A program made the translations under genes and the position numbers. From Paragordius varius (Eukaryota > Animalia > Nematomorpha), in contig OZ176050.1 of assembly GCA_964247055.1 (NCBI GenBank), positions 2,046,001 through 2,110,000 on the forward strand: DNA of 64,000 nt, written 5' to 3'. Positions 41,991 to 52,189 of the stretch are shown piece by piece. The notes under the pieces were generated by a model. It searched no databases. It was not told where the DNA came from and saw only the letters and a list, made by a program, of their open reading frames with translations. The first letter of the stretch is position 1. Each line of letters begins with the position of its first letter.

Positions 41991-42489
41991 AATGATAATG
42001 TGTGCATATAAACACTGCATGTTGTTTCATTCCTTAAAATGTGTCGGATGTCATTTGTGAAGTGAAAATGTGAATACACAAATGCAAACTTGAGAATTAT
42101 AATTATTTTTTTATTTATTGTGGAAAAAATTGCATAAAATGCTCAATAAATTATATTAGAATTTAAATATTTTTACTAATCTTTAAATCTGAACCTATTA
42201 GGAGAAGGACGAAACATAGGGTTTGGAATGAAACAGAACACTAATTTGGGCTTAAACTAAAAACCGAAATTCAATACGTCGGTTCCTGTTTATGCTTTTG
42301 AACGCATAGTTTTTTGTCTAAATTCAAGATCCGCAATTATTAATTAATTAAATAAAAGTTGTATAAAATTTCTTTTAAACAATAATAAACACATAGTTCA
42401 AAAAAATTACATTAATAATTATTATGTACATAATCCTAAACTCTATAACTTTAATAATCAATTTGATCCTTATAAAATCCTTAATATCA

Positions 42490-42770
42490 CTGCTCTTGAT
42501 CGCTTTCTAAGAGCTAAAAGACTGAGATGGGCTGGTCACATCCATCGTAGACCACCAGAATATATACATATAATGATGCCCTGCTCCACATCTAGCTCAA
42601 AGTTTGGTAGACCCTTCAAAAGCTAGATCAGTACTATATATGATGATCTTACTGAGGCCAAACTAAAAATAGAAGATGCGGAAATTAGAAACAATTGGAA
42701 AACAGCAATAATAACTTATCTCAAATCAGCTACCTTCAACTCTGAAGATCAAAAGCTTTGATGATGATAT
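42490..42770 (+). mobile_element. 3' end of an RTE-clade LINE
   Basis: RFLRAKRLRWAGHIHRRP...GRP...IEDAEIRNNWK followed by a (TGA)n-like tail. Confidence 0.75.
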
Positions 42771-42773
42771 GCG

Positions 42774-43152
42774 CAGTGGCGTACCCAGCATTTGCGGCGC
42801 TCGGGGCATAAAACTTTTATGGCGCCCCTCCCCCTTTTTTTAAAAGCCAGTGTAAAAAAATACAAACGCTCTAACCTAAACACCATAGATAAGACAGCAC
42901 AGTCATATAAATTTTAAATCTATTAAATATATATATATTTACATCATACTAAATTTATTCAATGGTACTAATTAGGTGAATAATAGGGTATATATTATAG
43001 GGATTATTACCTAAATTGCTGAAAAATCTCATTTGAGAGTTCTTATTATTTTTGCATATTTAAAATTTAATTTTAGAAAATCATTTAGGCGCCCCTAAAT
43101 AACGGCGCCCGGGGCATGATGCACCCCCTTGCCCCCCCTCGGTACGCCCCTG
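42774..43152. mobile_element. hAT MITE (Tip100-like TIRs)
   Basis: TIRs CAGTGGCGTACC / GGTACGCCCCTG; 8-bp TSD GATATGCG / GATATACG. Confidence 0.85.
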
Positions 43153-43405
43153 GATATACGAGTCAGGATACAACAACTCTCTGATCAATTTGTTTCTGAC
43201 AAAAAATAAAACATTTCACCAATGTTAGAGCAATCTACGAACTTCAATCAAACCACAAACTGATAGTATTAGAAAAAACATTAGCATGCCTAAAAATGTT
43301 TGATATAAAATGCTTAAACTATACAAAACTCACAGCTGACGCACAAAAAATGTTCCCAAAAACCTCAGACCCAACTTAAAAAAATTTGAAAAATAATTGT
43401 AAATC

Positions 43406-43663
43406 CAGGGGTGTCTAACACAGCTTCGCGAGCCGTATTTGAAAAAATATGGGCTAATAAATATTTTATTAGATTCGAACATAAGACTGTATAATGCAAA
43501 TGATATATAATAATTTTTTCTAGTTATTTGTCAATCGGATGGAAATTAGATATTTTAATAAATATCGATTTTAACAAAATTTTGTGATCAAATTTTTACA
43601 AATTATCGATTTCCATATTTTCGCAGGCCTCACATGATGAGGGCCTCGTGTTAAACACCCCTG
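43406..43663. mobile_element. hAT (Charlie-like) MITE
   Basis: TIRs CAGGGGTGTCTAACAC / GTGTTAAACACCCCTG; TSD not recognisable. Confidence 0.65.
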
Positions 43664-44049
43664 ATATAATATATGACTATCTGGTGGGTATGAACAAACC
43701 AAATAAAGGTCACCCAAAAAATATCAATTTTGATGGAAAACAAAGTCAAAGAACATATAAATTGGAAATATTTGGTTTAAGGAAGAGACAATTAAATATA
43801 AAATTGTACAAAGATTCAAAGAGATGTCGAATTATTATCACTAACCATGAAGAAGCTCTAAATATTGCGGAAGTTTATAAAACTATAGACTCTATAATGG
43901 AAGAGTATGGGCGCTCTGGTAGACCACACAATGTAATGATCAAGTGCAAAGGTTATTGGATAATAATTTAACTCTTAACAACAATCCGGCATTGCATGCA
44001 TCATAAAAACAATTAATAGTTGTCTAACTCCAGTGGGAATGATCAATAA

Positions 44050-44790
44050 ACTCCTACATAATTTTAATGAACGGCAAATCGAAAAGACTTTTTTGGCAGA
44101 GGTGATTTGGTGCTATATGTCACCACTTCAAACATAAATTTGCGAATTCGATTTTACACCTTATCCTATTTTATATGCAATAAAATGACACTAAAATATA
44201 TCGTTTTCGTTCGTTTCAACGCCTCTGAGAAATGGCTTAATTTGTAATCCAAAGCGAAAATGGTAATTTCTTCTTGCCAAGCGGTCCATCATCGATGCCG
44301 AATTGCGGAAAACTGTTTTCTGTGTCTAGGTAACCTGAGCGAGATTGTGCATTTAAACTTTATAAACCAAGTGAAACCGTTAATACAAAATACTATCTCC
44401 AAATAAGATTAATTTAAACCATGCATGCATCATAAAACTCAGGATGCTCAAATAACAAAGAAAAGTGATATTGCTACATGACAATATGTCTCATACAGCA
44501 AAACCAATGAAAGACATCTTATAATCGTTTTTATGGTTTGTTCGCATCCGCTAAACTCATCTATCCTGGCGCCAGCTGATTAAAACATCTTCGCAACAAT
44601 GGGGCACATCTTAGCAGAGCAGCACTTCAATAATCACGACTTGGAAAATGGCTTGACTAATGTTCCTTAAATGAAAATCAGTTTCTCCTTCATGATAATC
44701 ATAAATTACACGAGAGTGGACGAAATATGTAGAAGACGATTGACAATTTTCAGAATAAAATTAATAATTGATTTCCTTTCAAAATTTTAA
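44050..44790 (+). pseudogene. Decayed mariner transposase (catalytic half)
   Basis: EKW, KPSETVNTKYY, KVILLHDN, HP..S..LAPAD, broken by stops and frameshifts. Confidence 0.7.
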
Positions 44791-45407
44791 GCCAAAAAAC
44801 CGGTAAAAACATATGAATGGTAAATCAATAAAATTGTTACCGCTCGATACGTATTTACACCAAAAAAAATTGTGAAAATCAATTAAGAAATCAGCACGAC
44901 TTAAACATAGACTTATGAGACTATCATTTCTCAGAAGTAATAAAAAATTAACTGTTTCTACCTATCGAAACCTTTATGGATATGATTTGAATTGGAATAT
45001 TTATACATGTTTAAATTAGTGACTTTAATAAATCCCAAATATTTCAGCAAAATTTTATAGTTCAATATTTTGTATCCCGCCACCCATGGTTTAAAAAAAC
45101 CCAGTTTCAACAAAGCTAATCGCTTGCAACCAAAAAAATGAATTTGATTATCAATTACATTGTTATTGAAAAATATCGTGTATTTAATTTTTATTATATT
45201 GTAATTGAAAAATATCGTGCATTTAATTTTTAAATAAATGGCTAAAAGCTTTTTATAGAATAGGTTAATAAAAAAACTTATTTGGTATAATATTTTAACA
45301 TGTTAAATAGAACCGGTTAGGGAGTGTATCATTAATACAGGTTAAAATCATCACATATATTACATATAATTATGACTATAGTATTAAAGATATATAAATA
45401 AAATAGA

Positions 45408-47413
45408 ATGAGCTATTCTAAAAAACTCTTAACCATGCCAAAAACGCTTACTAAAAAACGCTCTCCACAAAACTTCCTACTTTTTGATAAATGTTTGAAA
45501 ATTCTAGGTACTCCGACAAGGGACACCAGTCAACACCAACAAGAGAAGTCACCAAAGAAGTCCAATTCGTTTTATGCATTCAAATCTAACTTTCTTTTAT
45601 GTTTAGGTTGTGGTCAAAGGAAAAAACAAGTCAACACTCCACATGAAACAGATCAATCAAACAACCCGTTACCCAAGAACGATGATGATTCAACTGGGAT
45701 ACAATCAATCAAGAATGAAGAGAAAATTATGTTAGAAACTAATGAAAGTATTTTTTTAAACAAATTAATTGATTATTGTTTAAATTTATCTTATAATCCA
45801 CCAATATTATATATAGAAAGCGGAAACGATAAAGTTATCAATCAAATCGAATCGAATTTACAGCCAAAGAAAACAGTTTCCAAACTTCAAAGATTTAAAC
45901 GACTTTGGACATATTGTTGGAGAAAAAAGAAAAATAGTTTAGAGGAGGATATTATCGCTAATTCACCGCTACCCCCTCAAGCTAATTACATAAATGAAAC
46001 TGTATTTGACAACCATCACCAAAATACTAAATTAGACTGGGACGTAAAAGACGAGATGCCACCTTCAATACACTGTAATAAAGATGAGTCTATGCCTACT
46101 CAACCTTATTATATAAATGAGGAAGTATTTAAAAACAACTGCCAAAATACTAAATTAGACTTGGACCAAAAGGATGAGGCCTCACTTTCAATACAAAGCA
46201 TTAATAAAAATGAGACCATGCCCACTCAAGCTTATTATGTAAACGAATATGTGTTTGACAACGAGTACCAAAATACCAAAAAGGATTTGGACGATGAAAA
46301 CAACGAGGTCCTGCCATTATTACCCAGTGCTAATGAAACAGAATCGAATAAATATTTTGATTTAGAAACAACATATAGCACCTATCAAGCTAAGGAAAAT
46401 GAATCCGAAACAATATGTGAAAAATATCTTGGAGATTACACAGAATGCGGAGATCACTCCAGCAATAAACCTGTAAAACCGAAAAAACCGATGGGGATTG
46501 TTAATAAGGGGAATACATGTTATGCCAATAGTATTATCCAAGCCCTTTACTCCATTCCTGATTTCGTAGATGTGATAAAGGAATCCGAAAACAAATTAGA
46601 AACAAGTCTCAAAAATATATTCGATGGTTTAAACCACCACCAAGATGTCGATGTACCCGATCTATTAAAGTCCCTAAACTGTAAGTTTATTTAAGTTATA
46701 TTTAGATTGGAACAACAAAATAAATAAAAGTGCCATGGAGGATTGCCATGAAGTTTTACTCAAATTGATAAACTCCCTTTCTGCGAACAATGATTTCGTT
46801 CGAAAATTATTTAACACCACCCTGAAATTAACAAGTAAAATATTATTAATTTTAAGTGAAATGTTGTTATTGCGATAACGTCTCATACAAATTGGAGGAA
46901 AGTTTCGGGTTAAGTTTACCGATTTGCAACAAAAAATCAGTTGCCGATTGCTTATCATCCTATTTCGAATCAGAACTATTGGAAGATTTTAGCTGCTCCA
47001 AGTAATATTTTTTATCTATATAAAGTTGCTCCAAAACGGGAACTGTCACCAGACAAACGGAAATGTTTGAAATGCCAACAATACTTATCATCCATTTACA
47101 AAGATTCGATTTGAAGGGCAAAAAAGTTGATAAATCCGTTGAAAACAATTTAAAAATTAACATCTCAGCACTAGGCTCAGTATTTTCAGCCAACTTAATT
47201 GGACTGTTGGCACACCAAGGAAAATCGTCAAATATTGGCCATTATGTCGCGTATTGTTTACGTGATAAATGGTTTCTATTTGACGATAAAAAGGTCAAAA
47301 ATAGAACAAGTAAAGAAGTTTGTAAAGTTAATTCCTATGTGCTTTTCTATAATTATTTAGAATTTAACGAGCAATGTGCAGAAGGATGTAACAAAGTTGG
47401 GCTTCTTGGATAA
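45408..47413 (+). CDS. Ubiquitin-specific protease (peptidase C19); exons 45408-46680, 46706-46834, 46857-47001, 47026-47413
   Basis: The spliced product has the Cys box GIVNKGNTCYANSIIQAL, MEDCHEVL, zinc-finger pairs KCCYC and SCSNC, FGLSLPI, PTILIIHLQRF, the His box AHQG..NIGHYVAY, WFLFDD and SYVLFY. Confidence 0.88.
46681..46705 (+). other. 25-nt GT-AG intron (USP)
   Basis: gtaagtttatttaagttatatttag; in-frame TAA inside; removal restores the frame. Confidence 0.85.
46835..46856 (+). other. 22-nt GT-AG intron (USP)
   Basis: gtaaaatattattaattttaag; removal gives TMKCCYC and avoids a downstream stop. Confidence 0.85.
47002..47025 (+). other. 24-nt GT-AG intron (USP)
   Basis: gtaatattttttatctatataaag; in-frame TAA inside; removal creates the CSNC zinc-finger pair. 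Confidence 0.85.
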
Positions 47414-47859
47414 ACGACTTCCTTGTTATATGGCGCAAAACAAAATATTTTACGTAATTTTTATGTGTATCGATCAATTTTTACGATGCTATTCTTATAT
47501 AATGATATTATATAACAAGGTATATCCACTATGGGATCAACGATGTGTATCGCAAAATGGACAAGCCAACCCAATGTCATATCTTGCATGATCATCCATG
47601 CAAATACCCAAAGACAGGAAGAAACGCTCAAACATTTATTATTGATATAGATGTTACTGATTCTGTGATTATTTATGTATTATATTCAATAAATGGTTAT
47701 TTTTGTTGTTTTTAAATGAATTGGTAAATGTACATATAAATAATTTTGTGATTGAATTGTTAATTGAGATCGAGAGATTTTAACTATGGAAAACGGACTT
47801 GTTTAATGCATCCTCCTCCGAGTCATAAACGATATTAGCGAGGGGCAATCGGATATGAA

Positions 47860-48480
47860 CTTAGCCAAATTTTCTCTTTTTGGATATCCCATGGTCGTAC
47901 CTTAGTAAAGTAGAATTGCTAATGTTATTAATGTCTCCTTTCCTCCCAAATTGTGGTCAGTATAAATTTCAAAATGCCTTCCATATTTGAATACACAAAT
48001 ATTTCGAGAGCAAAAATTACTGCTTTAACTTTTCTTTGAATTGTGGAATATCTTACTTCCGTTAACAAACATGCTCTAGAAGCGTATTGGGCTCTTTTCC
48101 TGCGGGGTTTTAATAATTAAAATTGCTTAAAGCATCTGTTTCGATAAACAAAGGAAATTGATGCCATTAGCACCTGGGATTTGGTAATTAACCTTTTAGC
48201 TAATCTGACTGTGTCAACCAATTAGATAAATTTCCGCATAAATTGTAAAAATTAAGAATTTGTAAAACTCTCATTTAAATTTATTTAAATGATCGCAATC
48301 CGGTTTTTTTTGAAGATGCAGGGCATGAATAGCGCTAATTTTTTATTGGTAAGTGGATTTAATTCCCAGAGATTAGATAACTTATGTGTTTTATAGGGGA
48401 ATAGCGTGGAGTTTATTCTTCCACAATTGTAATCTGGCCTCTTGTAGCCTTCTTAAAACCTTTACCTAATATCACGTTCA
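47860..48480 (-). mobile_element. Gypsy RT/RNase H remnant
   Basis: QYASRACLLTEVRYSTIQRKVKAVIFALEIF resembles AYASR.L...E.RYSTIEKELLAVIFAL.KF. Confidence 0.65.
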
Positions 48481-49150
48481 TCTTTTATAAGCACCTCGGA
48501 CTAACACATAGTCTAGATCAAGGGTGTCCTACCGGCGGCCTTTAACATTATATCCTGCCCGCGAATCCGGAAATGAATAATTCGAAATAAATCTCACAAA
48601 ATCTATTAAAATTGACATTTTTTAAACGAACTCTGAATATGTCTGTATATGTGGCAACGAAATAGAAAAAATTGATATATTATGTTTAAATTTTACAGTC
48701 CTATGTTCGAAATCCACACAGTATATTTTAACATATATATTCCTAATGCGGCCCACCATGATTTTTGAGTCTGAACGCTTCTGGATAAACACATGTAAGT
48801 ATCCCCAAGAGTCTGTCCATACATTTTTAAAAAATTCATTGGTACCTATAAAAATATTGGTGGCTATTATTCATAAGAAGCGACTGATACAATTTGTCAT
48901 AAGGAAGTGTAAATAGGCGTGTGAAAACACAGGGTGTAAAAAGGGGGATACCTTATGGATATATATATGCGATAGAATATTCATGAAGCTTTTAGTTTTG
49001 GCCCTTACGATTGATTTAGGAAAATTATTTTCACTTTTGTGGTGAGTGTTCCATATCAGAAAATGTTAATATTTTAGTACATTTTTTGTAATAAATTTTT
49101 TTTGGTGAAAGTTAAATGTTTCATTCTAAAAAATATCACTAAAATATATA

Positions 49151-49734
49151 CCATTTACAATACAAAGTCACCCTTGAACAATTCAAATTTACCCTCGAGC
49201 AATTCAAATTCACCCTCGAACAATTTAAATTCACCCTTGAACAGTTCAAATTCACCCTAAAAATAAATTATGTGTTTTCGGGCTAAAATAATTCATCATT
49301 AATATAAAATATATTCTTATGGCATAGTTTATTATTTTTTCAGTATTATATATATTATACAGGTAAGGCGTGATGGTATAGTAGATGGGGCGACGGACTC
49401 TAACTCTGCGTGCCAGAGTTCGAACCCCGAAACTACGCATTTTTTCCATCATCACTGTCAGCCCTGGGCAGGCGAGCGTTAAAGCCTTCACATGTCCGGA
49501 TACAATATAAGTCCTTACCCTTTAATAAAAAAGGAAAAAAGAGACTCTAAACTGTAATATTTATATATATTATACAGGTAATTTTATTTTTTTTTAAAAT
49601 ATAAAAAATATAGGCAATTTTTAAATCATAAAACACACATAATTTCTTTTAGGGTGATTTTGAATTGTTCGAGGGTGAATTTGAATTGTAGGGTGAATTT
49701 GAATTGTTCGAGGGTGAATTTGAACTGTAAATGG
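49151..49734. mobile_element. Foldback MITE with CCATTT termini and 21-bp subterminal repeats (CAATTCAAATTCACCCTCGAA)
   Basis: TA|CCATTTACA ... TGTAAATGG|TA; inverted arrays at ~49165-49257 and ~49652-49725. Confidence 0.8.
49367..49560 (+). mobile_element. tRNA-derived SINE with 21-bp target-site duplication
   Basis: A box TGGTATAGTAG and B box GAGTTCGAACCC; head resembles tRNA-Gln; A-rich tail; exact TSD TTATATATATTATACAGGTAA at 49346-49366 and 49561-49581. Confidence 0.85.
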
Positions 49735-52189
49735 TATATCATTGCCTATAAAAAGCAAAACAATAAATTTTTCTAATTTATCCTACATTTTGACATAAAA
49801 TATTTTGTAAAATGCATATTTTTCACAAAAATTTAATTTTTAGCAAAATTTTGTTGAAGCGTACTTCATACTTAGGCATAATGGATATGGTATAAAAACG
49901 CTTTTAGATATTATAAAGACACTATCTCTACATAAGTTGATGCTAAACATTTCTATTACCTAGGATTTTGATTAAAATATTCGTTCGTTTTTAAATTTAT
50001 GTCAAATATATAAATTGTGTTTTTTTAATAACAATCACCAAAATAAATAAAGCGAACCTAGCGATAGAAATATTCAGCATGATTAAATTATGAAGAAGTG
50101 TTTTATAGTATTTAAAAGCGTTTTTATACAGTTTCCATTATGGCTAATGATAGGATGAAGTACTTATTAACGAATTTTTACTAAAAATTAAATTTTTGTA
50201 AAAAGTATGCATTTCTTAAAAATATTTTGTGAGTCAAAATTTAGCATATGTTTGAAAAATTTATCGCACAAGCCCGGCATATTTGCGTTTTTTAAAAACT
50301 AGCCCATTTTAAAAGAGGGGACTTTCGGAGCCTACATTCAAATAAAATATTTGAATAATATTGTTTTGCTTTTTATGGGTTGTTTATAATATATTTTAGT
50401 GAGGTTTTTTGGAATGAAGCATTAAGCAAAAATATTTTATTAAAAAATGTGCTCAAATTTTGCCATTTTCTGATACACTTACCAGAAAAGTGTAATATGA
50501 CTCGTGAGGGCCAAAACTAAAGGCATTATAATCCCGATGCATTTTCCTATCAGAATATATTTTTCATCAGGCTATTTATATATACCCCCCCTTCCTATTT
50601 TAAACGCAGTGTAAAACCGATTAATAGCTGTTTGATTTGTGGGTATTTAATTACTACATTAAGATATTTAATAATAGGTTCATGAACTTTATTTTGGAAA
50701 TGCACTTATTATAACTTAACAGTGATTTATATGGGTTTAATCTTTCCACAAGCGGTTTTGTAAGGGCTTTTCAAACTAAAACTTCTGGGCGAGAACCCCA
50801 AGTCATTAAATAATTCACTCAGATATGACTAGGGTTGTGCATTCGACTGCTTTTTCAAAAAAGTCCGGTCAGACCCAGTCAGACAATTATGCCAAGGTCG
50901 TAACCACTTTCTACTTAAGTAAGTATCAAGCGATATTGGATCATTAAAATAATGTTCGGAATACACTTGCGTTTCATTAATAATGTCATGTTTAAAATTT
51001 GTATTATTTTTTTATTTATTATTTACAAATATTTTCAATCCAATCAATAAATGGTTTTCAGATGAAATTCGCCACATGTTTGTGGCCTTCTGAACCTTCA
51101 AATTCATAACTTTTAATACTGGATATTTTAAATAAAATTTTACCTAGTTTGTTGTACACTTTCTTTCATCATTAAAATATCCCATTATAGGTTGATTTTA
51201 TTGGTTCACATATATGGAATAATGACATATTTTGCAAAGTGCTTGATTTTTTTGTTTTTCGATAAACCGATATGTTTGAATGGTAATGTTATAAGGAGAT
51301 ATGTTTAACAATTTATATATGGCTAAAGAAGCATATTTAAATATATAAGTTTTATTAAAAATATATTAAAAAGCAATAATTTTTTAAAAAAAACAGCTGT
51401 TTTTTAAATGACCATGGTCAAAAAAATTATATTCACTGACCGGGTCATGACTTGGTCAGCACACCCGTAGATACGACACATTAATTTTCTTAGATTCATA
51501 CTTTGGTCGTTGATACCCCACGCCTTTTTAAAATTAAATACCTCAAAAAATATGGATGGAAAACAAAAAAAATGTTCCTTATTAGTACTTATAAAGTAAA
51601 ACCCAGGTATAAATTTGATTCAAATTAGTGTAATATAAAATAATTCCAAGTCAATAATTGTAGTATTTTTGATTTCAGATGTGATTTGAATATAAGCTAG
51701 CTTACTTTTAGCGTTAAAACTTAATAAATACGTTTTTAAAAAAATATTATAAAAGCGTCCAAGTAATTTGTTAGATATAAAAATATTCAAAAATAAATTT
51801 TATTTAGATACTTCGGCTTATTTAAATTATTTTTTCTAACGTAGAAGCATAAATTAGAACCCATTTTTTAGTAGTCCTTTAAAAATATCTATTAATATGG
51901 TATGGTATTAATATATAACAATTTGGAAATGTTAATTGATTGACCAAAAATCATGTATTTATTATAGTGTATATCGTGTATTTTAATAATTATTTTTGGA
52001 TTAAAGCATTTATCAATACCCAAATTTTTATTTATCACGATTGCGCTAATTTTGCCATTTTATAAGATAAGTTTTTTAATTCACTTTTTATCAAAAAACT
52101 GAACTTTATTTATTTTATTATTTCAGAATATATTTTAACGTGGTATTTGTCATCTATATCATAACAACACATTTAATTGTTATCCACAA

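Larger units (their letters stand above)
48935..50620. mobile_element. Decayed foldback element (CAGGGTGT-type end) hosting nested insertions
   Basis: ~48935-49080 is the inverse of ~50460-50620, and ~49770-49860 is the inverse of ~50155-50240. Confidence 0.5.

Noticed and set aside
43648-43971. 107-aa ORF as a host gene
   Set aside because: It starts inside a hAT TIR; IITNHEEALNIAE resembles a LINE linker region, so it is more likely a TE fragment (low confidence).
47339-47360. 22-nt GT-AG segment whose removal would fuse USP to ORF 47376-47591
   Set aside because: It would delete the conserved VLFY strand of the USP fold, and the GTGCTT donor differs from the GTAA of the supported micro-introns.
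49367-49440. Functional tRNA gene
   Set aside because: Imperfect acceptor and anticodon stems, attached tail and long TSD indicate a SINE.
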